Position numbers and translations under genes: made by a program. The notes beneath the pieces are model-generated. The model was given only the letters and a program-made list of their open reading frames with translations, had not been told where the DNA came from and searched no databases. From Candidatus Woesebacteria bacterium RBG_16_42_24 (GTDB lineage: Bacteria > Patescibacteriota > Microgenomatia > UBA8517): a DNA stretch of 64,000 bases. Position 1 is the stretch's first letter. Every line of letters starts with the position of its first letter. The DNA is taken from contig MGFX01000001.1 in the NCBI GenBank assembly GCA_001792115.1, positions 5,847-69,846 of the forward strand, written 5' to 3'. Positions 1 to 9,770 of the stretch are shown one piece after another.

Positions 1-2873
1 CCAATAGATATAGCCCAGGGAATTGTCGGTGGGGGCGCTTGAAGTTGAGGTAGTTGAGTATTCCTGGTCGATAATGTTTATCTGCTGTTCAATTCCCGGG
101 TCTGCAGCTTGGGCGTTAGTTGTATTTGCAAAAAAGGCAAGGTTATTTAAAAAGACAACTACAACAAGAAGTACTGCCAGGGTCGCCTTTGATACCCACC
201 TAATTCTACGAGGGCGAATCCTAAAATTACCAAAATTGGGATTTTGGGAATTGGGATTTGGGATTTGTTTAGAAATTAGAAATTTGAAATTAGAAATTTG
301 GGAGTGAGCCAAGTTTGGACTTGGCGAACGACCAGGCAGTATCCCTTGTATGAATCTGTAAAACCTTCCTCTTGTGAATATGTCTGTGATACGTCCTGTC
401 TTGGGAGTTCTAAACCAGGGTCCTTCAGAAGATTCCAGGAAACCTTTTAAGGAGGCATAGGCCTGGAAGGGAACGAGAATGTATGATAATGCCACGAAGG
501 AGGCAAGGCCTGCATAGTCTTTTTCTTCTGATTCCTCAAGGAATAGTCCCACTGCATTCATAAGTGGTAGGGCAAGTAAGTTGGTTAAGACTAAAGACCA
601 GCCCCAGAGCTCTGTCCAGAAGGGCAAGTGGGTTTTAAAGACGGTTTCAGAGATCAGCCAAGAAAAGGTACCTACCAAAAAGAAGAGGGCCTGGAGGTAG
701 TAAGGGGAAAGATAGAGGAACTCGAGTTTCTCTGATAATGTCAGTTTTGGGTTAAAAATGAGCTTCCTGAACATTTTTTTGACATTCTGGGAATGCCCTT
801 CTGCCCAGCGCATTCTTTGCCTGATTAATCTTTTGATTGTGGATACACACTCGGCAGGAGCTTGGATGTAGGGAGTATAGACTACTTTGTATCCGGCATT
901 GTAGAGCTTAAGAGTCAGTTCAAAGTCTTCGGTAATTGAGTTTTCCCAACCGATTTCCTGTAAAACATCCTTTCTGATCATATAGACCGAGCCCGAGATC
1001 TGCTTTAATCCTCCGTATATCTCCTCCCCGCTCCTTTCAATAACGTAGCTCCCTGCATACTCACTCCTTACCCCCCTGGTTATCCAGTTCTCGGACTTAT
1101 TAAGTACATGCCATTGGTAACCCTGGACAGCAGCGATGTTGGAGGGACTAGACCCTTTCTTAAAATCCAGTGTTCCAGCCGTAACTTGGAAGTACTTAAG
1201 GAATAGTGTCAGGGTGTCCGGATACGGTACAAAGTCTGCGTCAAAGACTGAAACGAATTCTGCCCTGGGGTCTGTGTGTCTTAAAGCCTCCCTTAAGGCT
1301 CCGCCCTTAAAACCGCTTCGGGAGGTCCTCTGGAGGTGTTTTAAGGTAACGCCGGGAGAAACCTCTACCGCACTTAGAGTCCATCCTTCTTGAGAGTTTC
1401 CGAAAACTTTAAGGGATTCCCCTTTGCCAAGGAACTTCTGTTGGTAGCGTTTAATAATAGTACTTGTTTCATCGGTTGAATCGTCACAAAGAATTACCTC
1501 ATACTCCCCTTTATAGTCAAAGCCTGTTGAAGCGGCTATTGCACGCTCAACTACATTTTTTTCGTTGTAAAAGGGAATTTGTATGGAAATAAATGGATAT
1601 CTTTCTAAATTAATACGGTCGAGGTTTGGTTCAAGGCCTGCAGGTCCTACCCTACCATTTTCATTCTTTACGCCGAGCGAACTTGAAGTGCCTTTACCAA
1701 TACCCAATATCCAGTAAAGTATTCCCCTTCTTCCTTTTCTCTCCCCAGCTTTAGCGAAGGAGGGTTCCCCTTGTGAGAAAGAAAGAACAATTGCCAAAGT
1801 TAGATAGTATTTAAGAGAATAGAGGAAGAAAAGCATTCCCATTGTCAGAGCCAGGCCCGAAAAGATATAGCCTATTGCCCCCTGCAAAGAAGAAACCCCG
1901 GTTAATAAGCGTATCCAGGTAAGAATTCCTAAAGATATGAAGAAAGTTAGTATTAAGGAGATAAATGAAGTCTTGATAAATGAGATTGATGAAGGCGGGG
2001 GTGCCGGCGCCAATGAAGGAACAAATTGTTCCCAAACGCTCCTGACTCTATCAGTTGGTACGGGTGTAGGCATAGCCGGGATAGCCGGCGCAAAATTCTT
2101 GGCGTAGGCAAGTCTGTCCTGATAGGTGCCTAAATTGTAGTTATCGAGTATTTTCCAAATAGTATATACAGAGGTAGATATCTTCTCGGAAAGAGAGTGG
2201 GCTGATAGTTGGGGGTTTTGGATGACTGCATCAAGAACATCTTGCTCAATTTTGGGATAAACCGCCCTTGGATGATTTTCTCCTCTTCTATAAGAATCTC
2301 TTAGTGTTTTAGAACCTTCTATACCTCTATCTGATGCCCTTTGATACTTATTAATCCACTCGTATATTGTTTTTCTGGAAACCCCAGCTTCTTGGGCCAG
2401 TTTACTGACTCCGATACCGCTTTCCAGATTCTTCTTAACAATGTTATATTTGGTAGAGGGTCCCAACCTTCCGGGGCCTGAAAAATTATTTACGAAGATT
2501 TTCCTTTTTTCCGGAGTCTCCGCGTCTATTTTTTTAAGAACTGAGTTAACGCCGAAGTAACCTAAATTAATTCCTTTTGTAGCCAATTCCCTACTTATAC
2601 GTCTAGACCCCCAGGCTGGATTTTTTACTATTAACTTGGTAATCGGGCCTTGAGCCTTGTGGGCAATTGAGCGTGGATGCTCCTCTCCTGTTACGTATCT
2701 AGGTTTAAATACCTGCTGTTTTAAATTGGGGGGGCTATTTTGATAACTTTTAATCCAAGAATAGATGGCTTTTCTGGAAATACCGTAGTTTTGGGCTAAT
2801 TGGGTAACATTACTTTTACCGGACAACGCTTCGAGTACTATATTTTGCTTATCCTGGGCAGTCATAGTCATTT
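1..2873 (-). CDS. HTH (transposase-like) - TM - family-2 glycosyltransferase fusion protein. Start codon at 2873; the ORF runs off the left window edge (partial). Paralog of the N-terminal ~750 aa of the 15355..21195 giant protein.
   Basis: My manual reverse-complement translation from ATG at 2873 is stop-free to position 1: MTMTAQDKQNIVLEALSGKSNVTQLAQNYGISRKAIYSWIKSYQ..., a second HTH (VSKLAQEAGVSRKTIYEWINKYQ), TM helices, then a GT2 domain (HIPFYNEK..CDDSTDET..DADFVP..QRMRWAEGH) and four TM helices. It is absent from the ORF track because no stop lies within the window. The track ORF 1811..2035 is in the wrong frame. Nucleotides 345-1840 are about 88% identical to 18690-20365. Confidence 0.55.
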
Positions 2874-2888
2874 TAGATTACAAAGTTA

Positions 2889-3321
2889 TTGTTACCGACC
2901 ATACTAACGGATGTCAATACCCATTATCTATGAGGCTAATAAATCAATTATTAGCTAATTATGGGATTATTCATGCATAGATTTACCAAGTATTCCAAAA
3001 ATATGTAAATCTTAGCAATATGCTTATTTTTGAAGCTAAATTACTTACTTGTTACCATCCATACTAACTCTCCATATAATTTAGGGTTTTGAGGCTCTTC
3101 CCCATTCTCTAAATCCCTTTTTTAAACAGTTAAAATTTTTGTAAGGAACCGACATCCTGCAATCAATTTTTGCCGTCTAATGCCAAAATATATTCTATTT
3201 TTCTTTTGACATAAATCCTAAAATAATTTCTTTTGTAACGGCGTTTTGCTGAGGTAACTGCTTTTTTTACCCGCCCTCTTTTTTATGATGCTCTGAATAA
3301 AGTGTTACCTACCATACTAAC
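2889..3321. promoter_or_regulatory. Three direct repeats of a 20-bp motif (TTGTTACCGACCATACTAAC / TTGTTACCATCCATACTAAC / GTGTTACCTACCATACTAAC) at 2889, 3049 and 3302, in the divergent AT-rich region between the HTH-GT2 gene and the excisionase-type HTH gene. Candidate operator sites.
   Basis: Direct reading of the sequence. Copies 1 and 3 are each followed by GAGGCTAA(A)TAA. Confidence 0.4.
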
Positions 3322-3478
3322 ACCCCCAAGATAACCCAATATTGAGGCTAAATAAGCCGCATAACTGTAATTTCCGCTTTTTAATATCACTCTTATTTTA
3401 CTCAAAATCTACGCACTCGTGCCTAATAATTAGAGGGTTGACAACTTACTTAGATAATAGTTATATATAATTAAATCT

Positions 3479-4129
3479 ATGCAGGATACTTCAGAATCTT
3501 TAATTATGCATTTATCAATTGGAAAAGCTTCAAAGTATTTGGGAGTTTCAATAGACACCTTGCGAAGGTGGGAGAAGAAAGAAAAGATATCTTCTCATCG
3601 TTCCCCCGGCGGCCACAGATATTTTCTAAAAGAAGACTTAGATCAGGTATTCCGCCCAAAAAAGAAGGAGAAGCCCAATCTAGTCACAGAGGCACCGATA
3701 CAGGATCGTCAGGAATACACACCACCCAGTCTTCCTGAAGCCCCCCAGCCACCCATAGAGGCCGAAATTAATATACCGGTCAACGAGCCTTTAAGTTGGC
3801 AAGGTTCCGAACCTTCTGAAACTCCTCAAGAGGAACCTCTGGTTCTTAACGAATCTGTCTCCGTCGAAGTACCTACGGCTCCTTCCTACCAACCGCCCTA
3901 CGTTGAGGAAATCCCATCAACTCCCGCCCCTACAGCCGAAGCACAATCATCCAATAGCGAAGAGACTCTCCTTTCGATTAAGGAAAATATCATTGGGAAG
4001 TTACCCCAGAAGCGCACAGTAACAAAAATATATTTTATCTTTCTGGGTCTTTTTCTACTGGTCGACGCATTCCTGTTCTTTTACTGGGTGGGACTTAAGG
4101 GCAATAGTTTCCTCTCTCCCCTTCCTTAG
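3479..4129 (+). CDS. MerR/excisionase-family HTH protein with a Pro-rich linker and a C-terminal TM anchor
   Basis: N-terminus LSIGKASKYLGVSIDTLRRWEKKEK matches excisionase/MerR-type HTH_17. The C-terminus IYFIFLGLFLLVDAFLFFYWVGL is a predicted TM helix. Confidence 0.6.
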   Translation: MQDTSESLIMHLSIGKASKYLGVSIDTLRRWEKKEKISSHRSPGGHRYFLKEDLDQVFRPKKKEKPNLVTEAPIQDRQEYTPPSLPEAPQPPIEAEINIPVNEPLSWQGSEPSETPQEEPLVLNESVSVEVPTAPSYQPPYVEEIPSTPAPTAEAQSSNSEETLLSIKENIIGKLPQKRTVTKIYFIFLGLFLLVDAFLFFYWVGLKGNSFLSPLP

Positions 4130-5913
4130 TAAGCTAATCGTATCTCTCTTTGCCCTTCGGTATATATCAATACATATCCTAATATATCTTTTTCAACCTT
4201 AAGTTTTCTTCCGTCTCCCGCATATGCCTTCCAGTTTGAATCAAATGTGACGGCAACCCTGACGGCATCGGCGGGGGAATCTTGAGAAATCCAATAACCA
4301 TTTGTGAAGCCTGAAACCTTAAGGGGTAATTTTTCGGGTAAAAGATAGGCTTTAAGTGCCGAAAGGTCCTTTCCGTCCTTAGGTTTAACGGTATGATATT
4401 CTTTCTCTAAGTCAATTGACCGAGCTAAGGAATTTTTCGGCATCTCAAGGATAATATCTCCTTTATCCTGCCAAATTACTTTACCTACATCTTTCCACTT
4501 CGATAAATTGACAAAGTCGTGATAATACTCATAGGACTTCGGGGTATGCACCAGAGCGTAAGTTATTCCTAGGCTTTGAAGCCACACACTGGCTAACTCT
4601 CCACTCTCCCCTTCTCTAATTTGATAAGCTGCGTGGTCCCAGTAGGGATTGATCGCGACTTTGTCTTGCCCACCCCTAACTTGGTTTAGGTCGTAAAGCG
4701 CATTTGCCCAAAAGACGGTTGACCCGGAAAGGAAAACTCGCTTTTCCCCGGCGATTTCTGAGAGTTTGGTCAAGGCATACACCCCCTGGGGAATGCTTTG
4801 GGAAATAAGAGCTGGTTTACCGAGGGTGTTATAGATTCGAAAACTTAGCCAATATGGCGAAAGAAACAGAATCAAAATGACAATATATATCTTAACAGAA
4901 TACCTGTGTTCGTTTTTTCTAATAAGGGAATAAGCCACCTGAGCCATCAAAAAGCCTATTCCTATCTCTAATTCATAAAACCAACTGCTCCAATCCTGCC
5001 AAAAATCCGGATCTCCCAGGAGTCTAAAAACACTTAAGAATAAAAACGTCAATAGCCAAGTGAGTGTAAAAACCGTGATTCGGCTTTTCAATTTCCCGGA
5101 AAAGAAAACGCTGACGATTGCCAGGAGGAACGGCAACCCATTTCTCAATATCTCAAAAATCCGTAAAATCACTTTCCCGGCTGAGGCTCCCCCAATAGAG
5201 GGATTAAAAAGAACAGTTGACCAATAGCCGGGCGTGTACCAAAGGGTTACCACTACTAGACTAAGTATCAGAGCCTTTAAGAACTTCTTTGAATAACCCC
5301 AAATGCCCTTTAATTTGCCGGATTTACCTTCCTGCCCCGCACTATACGATGCTGCCAAAATGACAGAGCCGGCTCCGACAATCAATATCGGCAAGATACT
5401 GGTATTGACAAGAAAAAGTAAGGATAGAGCCAATAGGACAACAATCAGTTTTCTCCTGGTGCTTTCTGTTAAATAGACATAAATCATAAATAATACCCAG
5501 GGCAGAAGGTTTCTGGCAACGATGAATGTCGTCTCCTCAAGGGCTAAGCTAGACAAATATCTCCAAGGAAGTATAAGGGCGGCAATTGATACGAATACCC
5601 CGATGATCCTATTCCCAGAGATCTTCCCTGCCAGCTCTCCCCAGCCAATGGCGCCGACGATAAAACTGAAAGTTATTAAAATGAAAGATAGGCTAAAAAG
5701 GCTAACTTGCGGAAAAAGCTTATGCAACAAAACCAAAAGCATTGGAACCACCGGCCCCAGGAGATACTTCGCAGGCAGCCCCAAATACCAGTAAGGGTAC
5801 CATCCTTCGTTAAAACTACGGATGGCAAGCCAGCCATTACTTTCAACCAGTTTTTCTAAATATCTTGAAACGGCTACCGCAACGGGAATGAGGGAGGTTT
5901 GGGAAGGAAACAT
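4126..5913 (-). CDS. Polytopic membrane protein (about 11 TM) with a C-terminal extracytoplasmic domain. Possibly a GT-C-type (PMT/ArnT/YfhO-like) glycosyltransferase; the function call is weak.
   Basis: 595-aa ORF with many hydrophobic helices in the first ~400 aa and a soluble C-terminal domain. No diagnostic catalytic motif recognised. Confidence 0.5.
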   Translation of the reverse strand: MFPSQTSLIPVAVAVSRYLEKLVESNGWLAIRSFNEGWYPYWYLGLPAKYLLGPVVPMLLVLLHKLFPQVSLFSLSFILITFSFIVGAIGWGELAGKISGNRIIGVFVSIAALILPWRYLSSLALEETTFIVARNLLPWVLFMIYVYLTESTRRKLIVVLLALSLLFLVNTSILPILIVGAGSVILAASYSAGQEGKSGKLKGIWGYSKKFLKALILSLVVVTLWYTPGYWSTVLFNPSIGGASAGKVILRIFEILRNGLPFLLAIVSVFFSGKLKSRITVFTLTWLLTFLFLSVFRLLGDPDFWQDWSSWFYELEIGIGFLMAQVAYSLIRKNEHRYSVKIYIVILILFLSPYWLSFRIYNTLGKPALISQSIPQGVYALTKLSEIAGEKRVFLSGSTVFWANALYDLNQVRGGQDKVAINPYWDHAAYQIREGESGELASVWLQSLGITYALVHTPKSYEYYHDFVNLSKWKDVGKVIWQDKGDIILEMPKNSLARSIDLEKEYHTVKPKDGKDLSALKAYLLPEKLPLKVSGFTNGYWISQDSPADAVRVAVTFDSNWKAYAGDGRKLKVEKDILGYVLIYTEGQREIRLAY

Positions 5914-5966
5914 AATTGTAGGTTACCAGAAAATTAGGATATCAGGAATAGAGACTAGAATATCAG

Positions 5967-6365
5967 CTAATTAGGTTTTTTTAGATTTGCTTGCTTTTCT
6001 TTAATATAGTTGATAAATCCATTTATTCCTTTAATTAATCCCTCATAGCTTTCGATAAGTTCGTCTGTCCTTTTTGGCAACAAGTATCTTTTCCCCTCCA
6101 TTTTTCTTAAATGGCTTTGCGTCTCTGCGGCTTCTCTCCTGGCCAGATAAAAAGATTTCATCTTGTCATTGTAGTAATAGGTTGAATAACCTTCGGCTAT
6201 GGCATCAACCACTGAAGATGACGACCTTTCGGCTTGATCTTGTATTCGAAATTTTTCCTCTCTGGGTAAAACTCTACAAATTTCGTGTATCTGAAGCATT
6301 AGCTTGTAGGCAATCTGCCATATTTGAAGTTTCTCAAACCCCACCCGAGTTCTCATTTTGTGCAA
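5967..6365 (-). CDS. Four-helix-bundle protein of the 23S rRNA intervening-sequence protein family (TIGR02436/PF05635-like), copy 1 of 3
   Basis: The 132-aa sequence has the family hallmarks (..QIHEICRVLPREEKFRIQDQAERSSSSVVDAIAEGY..YYLARREAAETQSHL). Flanked by GATATC-type repeat arrays. Confidence 0.7.
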   Translation of the reverse strand: MHKMRTRVGFEKLQIWQIAYKLMLQIHEICRVLPREEKFRIQDQAERSSSSVVDAIAEGYSTYYYNDKMKSFYLARREAAETQSHLRKMEGKRYLLPKRTDELIESYEGLIKGINGFINYIKEKQANLKKPN

Positions 6366-6470
6366 TTATCTGTTCTCCTGATATCCTAAATCCTATCCCT
6401 GATCCCCTAATATCCTGGTATCCTAACTCTGATACCCCGCTAATCTGATATCCTCTGTCTTTGTCTCCCC
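6366..6470. repeat. Low-complexity repeat array (CTGATATCCT / ATCCTAA units). Inverse counterpart AGGATATCAGG...GAATATCAG lies at 5930-5966 on the other side of the four-helix-bundle gene.
   Basis: Direct reading: cctgatatcctaaatcctatccctgatcccctaatatcctggtatcctaactctgataccccgctaatctgatatcct. Confidence 0.5.
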
Positions 6471-6641
6471 TACGGCCCCCTCAATTTTCCCAACTTGATT
6501 ATTCCCCTCTTTAAATGCAATTATCGGTCCTAACGCATCTTTTTCTTGTTCCAATATCTCCCTGTCCCGCGGAGGGAAAATCGCGAGGGCGCTTATAACC
6601 CCAATCAAATAGCCAATCGTAAATAAAGCAAAAAAAACCAT
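6423..6641 (-). CDS. Small membrane protein, hypothetical
   Basis: 72-aa ORF with one TM helix (VFFALFTIGYLIGVISALAIF). The overlapping + ORF 6074..6448 is antisense to the four-helix-bundle gene. Confidence 0.3.
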   Translation of the reverse strand: MVFFALFTIGYLIGVISALAIFPPRDREILEQEKDALGPIIAFKEGNNQVGKIEGAVGETKTEDIRLAGYQS

Positions 6642-6824
6642 AAAGCTATCCTAGGGCAGCAAAAACTCAAATTATTTAACTTAAGAAGGCAGATTCTGTC
6701 CTAACACTTTATTAAACCGTGAAGCAATATCTGTCAACCAATCGTAGTATATCAAATTATATCTTAGATGTACAAATATTTCTCCCCCTCACAACGATAC
6801 GGGATCGTCAAATCAATTCTAGGC

Positions 6825-7076
6825 TTAAGTCAGCTTTAGAAGTAAAAAATAGACGAGTATGGAGATTATAAATATTGCAAGCGTAACCCCCGTCCCAGTC
6901 CAAAAGAGCGTATTGTTTCTGGTTAAAACCTTATCCCTTAGTCCATCCTTTGCCAAAGCACTATCATATTTCAAAGAAGACGGGGACGAGCGATCGGGGA
7001 CCTTTGGAGGCTTACTCCTGACTTTCTCTATTTCAAGCGGTGCATTAAGGGGAATATTGGGTACAACTGGCGGCAT
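6825..7076 (-). CDS. Small hypothetical protein with a C-terminal TM helix
   Basis: 83-aa ORF, co-oriented with neighbours. The competing + ORF 6859..7083 looks less protein-like. Confidence 0.25.
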   Translation of the reverse strand: MPPVVPNIPLNAPLEIEKVRSKPPKVPDRSSPSSLKYDSALAKDGLRDKVLTRNNTLFWTGTGVTLAIFIISILVYFLLLKLT

Positions 7077-7088
7077 AGCTTAATGACA

Positions 7089-7514
7089 TTAACCTTGCTG
7101 CTCTTCAACTTTGGGTATTTCGTCCCGAGTATAACCTGCCAAAATTTCCTTAACCATATTGACTACTTGCTTGGGTTCAAATTCGCTCTTGACTATATAT
7201 TTAACCGCTCCTTTAGTCATAGCATTTTCAGCGTCTTTTTGCCCAGCCAAGTTTGTGAGTATCACGACGGGCAGACTCTTGGTTTCAGGATCGGTTTTGA
7301 GTTTGGTCAATACTTCAAAACCGTTCATTTTGGGCATCATAATGTCCAAAAGAATAAGATTGGGACGGCCGCTTCGAACCTTAGCCAAACCATCCTCTCC
7401 ATTATCGGCAGTGTCTACTTCGTAGCCCTCAAAAGAGAAAATCTTTTGATACATCCTACTCATTAAGGGGTCGTCTTCTATTATTAATACCTTAGCCATG
7501 AATGTGTTTTTCAA
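7089..7514 (-). CDS. Single-domain response regulator (CheY-like receiver)
   Basis: KVLIIEDDPLMSRMYQKIF..LILLDIMMPKMNGFEVL..VVILTNLAGQKD: phospho-acceptor Asp and receiver fold motifs. Confidence 0.85.
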   Translation of the reverse strand: MKNTFMAKVLIIEDDPLMSRMYQKIFSFEGYEVDTADNGEDGLAKVRSGRPNLILLDIMMPKMNGFEVLTKLKTDPETKSLPVVILTNLAGQKDAENAMTKGAVKYIVKSEFEPKQVVNMVKEILAGYTRDEIPKVEEQQG

Positions 7515-7860
7515 TCTCCTCTATGAGCTTTTCGGGCGGGTTATTGACCTTAACCAAATATCCATTTGCACCGAGCTCTATGGCTTTTTTGTAAGATTCA
7601 GTGTCGCTTAGATTGGTGAGCATTATGACCTCGCAGTCCTTGGTTTTCGGATCGCCCTTAAGCTCCTTAAGAACCACAAAACCGTCCATTTCCGGCATCA
7701 TGATGTCACAAAGGATTAAGTCGGGCTTTGACTCTTTGGCTTTTTCAAGGCCTTCCTTGCCGCTCCCGGCCATATCTACTTCGTATTTGCCTAGCGCGAA
7801 GAGTCTAGCGTAAAACCTGAGAACGTAGGGGTCGTCTTCAATAATTAGAATCCTCGACAT
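7492..7860 (-). CDS. Single-domain response regulator (CheY-like receiver)
   Basis: ILIIEDDPYVLRFYARLF..LILCDIMMPEMDGFVVL..VIMLTNLSDTES. Confidence 0.85.
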   Translation of the reverse strand: MSRILIIEDDPYVLRFYARLFALGKYEVDMAGSGKEGLEKAKESKPDLILCDIMMPEMDGFVVLKELKGDPKTKDCEVIMLTNLSDTESYKKAIELGANGYLVKVNNPPEKLIEEIEKHIHG

Positions 7861-7883
7861 TTTTTATATTTTAATTGCCAACC

Positions 7884-9770
7884 CTAATCTTTTGCAATAG
7901 GGAGTGTGAAATAAAAATTTGAACCCTTATCCTCTACGCTTTCTTCAAGTCCAATCGTCCCTCCCATCCCCACGACCATGAGCTTACTGATATAAAGACC
8001 TAGGCCGGTTCCCTTAGTGGTATCTCGAGTATAAAGACTCTCCCCCGCCTGCTGAAATTTTCTAAATAGAAGGGTTTGATTCTTAATGGAAATTCCCCTC
8101 CCGGTATCGATCACATTAATTTTAAGTTGGCTATCTTTTTCGACAAGGTTAATGGTTACACTTCCCTTTTCGGTGTACTTTATCCCATTTCCGATTAGGT
8201 TTATAAGCACCTCTTTGACCTTCTCGCTATCAGCGGCTACTAAAGGAGGTTTTTTCTTTGGCTCGAGAAACTTGAGCTCAAGTTTCTTTTGCTCTGCCGA
8301 GGAAACAAGCTCTTCCAAAACAGTCTTAATTGTCCCAGCAACATCGACTTTTTCTTTCTTAAATTCTATCCTCCCCTGCTCGAGTCGCGAGAGGTTCAAG
8401 AAATCGTTGACTATGTCAATCAAACGAATGCTTGAGGCGTGGATATCGTCTATTATATTTACGAATTCTGGGTCTTTGACTTTCTTGATAAAGTAGTCTC
8501 TGATAAGAGCCGTATTACCCCTAATGGCAGTTAGGGGCGTCCTAAGCTCGTGGCTGGCAATTGAAAAGAATTCGTCTTTGGAGCGCTCCAAGACCTTGGC
8601 CTCGGTTACGTCTCCAACGAGGATAATCGCCCCAACTATACTTCCGTTTGCCAAAGTTACCGGAACTACGAATAGCTCAAGAAACTTAGCCCCCCAGGAA
8701 AGTGCTCCAATAAAGACCGATTTTTGCTCTTGAGAAATTACCTTTTTAAAGTTTCCTCTCAAGTCAAAGCTTTCGCCCAAAAGACCCTGGAGGGTGTCGA
8801 GTGTCCAGCCTTCTTTTGGTGCTTTCCCAAAAATTTCTGTCAGTAATTTATTGGTGAGAACTACATTGCCACCAACGTCGGTTAGTATAAAACCTCGAGG
8901 AAGGCTCTCGATTGAGGCCAAAAGCTTGGCTTTCTCCTCGGCCAGCTCCTTGGTTCGCTCGGCGACTTCTTTCTCAATCACAAGTTTTGCTTCTTTATCG
9001 ACTGTTGCGTCCCTGAATACCTTAACGGCTCCTATTAACTTACCCCCAGAGATAAGGGGGGCTGTAATTGACACAATTGGGAATTTCCTGCCGGAAGCCG
9101 TCAGATAGTAGTGGTTGTCCTCAAGGTTTGTAATAATCGGCTTCTTTGTTTCTACTACCTGGACAAATGAACGTTCACCAATGGGTACTTCTTGGTCTCC
9201 CTTTAGTGTCTTAACTAACTCCGACCAGCTTTTGCCAATAGCCACCTGCCCCTTAAGTTCTAGAAGCTCCTCGGCTATGGGATTTAGCATGGTGACGCGC
9301 TTTTGGATATCAACAACCAAGAGCCCCTCTCCCATAGAAGAAACAATAAGCTGAATTCTGTCGCGCTCAGATTTAAGTGCTTGCTCGACCCCGCGTAGTC
9401 TCTCCCCGGCATACTTTCCCTGCAAAAGTCTCCCTTGGGCTTCTCTGAGCTTTCCTACAAATATTCCAATAAGTATTAATCCTATGTTGGGTACAATATT
9501 TGGCAAGAGAAATTCGCTTAGGCTCGTCCCTTCAACCGCATTTAGCAAAAGAAAATTTATTGGAAAGACAATTATCCCCCCGAATAACCCTCCCCAGCTG
9601 CCAAAAAGGTAGCCCGCCGAGATCGGAATGAGGCCGGAGAAAAGGAAGACTCCCGTTCCTACCCTGGCAAAAAACAAGAAGAAAAGTAGTAAAAAAACTC
9701 CCGCCAAGACAAGGACAATTACTAATTTGGTTAGCAGGTTTAAGCTCTTGGGGGCAGCATTATCTTTCAT
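7884..9770 (-). CDS. Membrane sensor histidine kinase with PAS/GAF-type sensory domains
   Basis: N-terminal TM helices; H-box FFSIASHELRTPLTAIRGNTALI; HATPase_c motifs NLIGNGIKYT...DTGRGI...GTGLGLYISK. Confidence 0.85.
   Translation of the reverse strand: MKDNAAPKSLNLLTKLVIVLVLAGVFLLLFFLFFARVGTGVFLFSGLIPISAGYLFGSWGGLFGGIIVFPINFLLLNAVEGTSLSEFLLPNIVPNIGLILIGIFVGKLREAQGRLLQGKYAGERLRGVEQALKSERDRIQLIVSSMGEGLLVVDIQKRVTMLNPIAEELLELKGQVAIGKSWSELVKTLKGDQEVPIGERSFVQVVETKKPIITNLEDNHYYLTASGRKFPIVSITAPLISGGKLIGAVKVFRDATVDKEAKLVIEKEVAERTKELAEEKAKLLASIESLPRGFILTDVGGNVVLTNKLLTEIFGKAPKEGWTLDTLQGLLGESFDLRGNFKKVISQEQKSVFIGALSWGAKFLELFVVPVTLANGSIVGAIILVGDVTEAKVLERSKDEFFSIASHELRTPLTAIRGNTALIRDYFIKKVKDPEFVNIIDDIHASSIRLIDIVNDFLNLSRLEQGRIEFKKEKVDVAGTIKTVLEELVSSAEQKKLELKFLEPKKKPPLVAADSEKVKEVLINLIGNGIKYTEKGSVTINLVEKDSQLKINVIDTGRGISIKNQTLLFRKFQQAGESLYTRDTTKGTGLGLYISKLMVVGMGGTIGLEESVEDKGSNFYFTLPIAKD

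Noticed and set aside
1136-1393. Plus-strand ORFs antisense to long minus-strand genes (1136..1393, 8086..8496, 8794..9108, 10011..10715, 12591..12968, 16295..16795, 19700..19978, 38015..38716, 56550..57317 and others)
   Set aside because: They lie entirely inside strongly supported, motif-bearing genes on the opposite strand and have low-complexity or Ser/Pro-rich translations. These are typical antisense artefacts.
1811-2035. Track ORF (74 aa, minus) inside the first gene
   Set aside because: It is read in a different frame from the homology-supported frame. The frame that aligns with the giant-protein paralog (..FFLYSLKYYLTLA..) is open from 2873 to the window edge.
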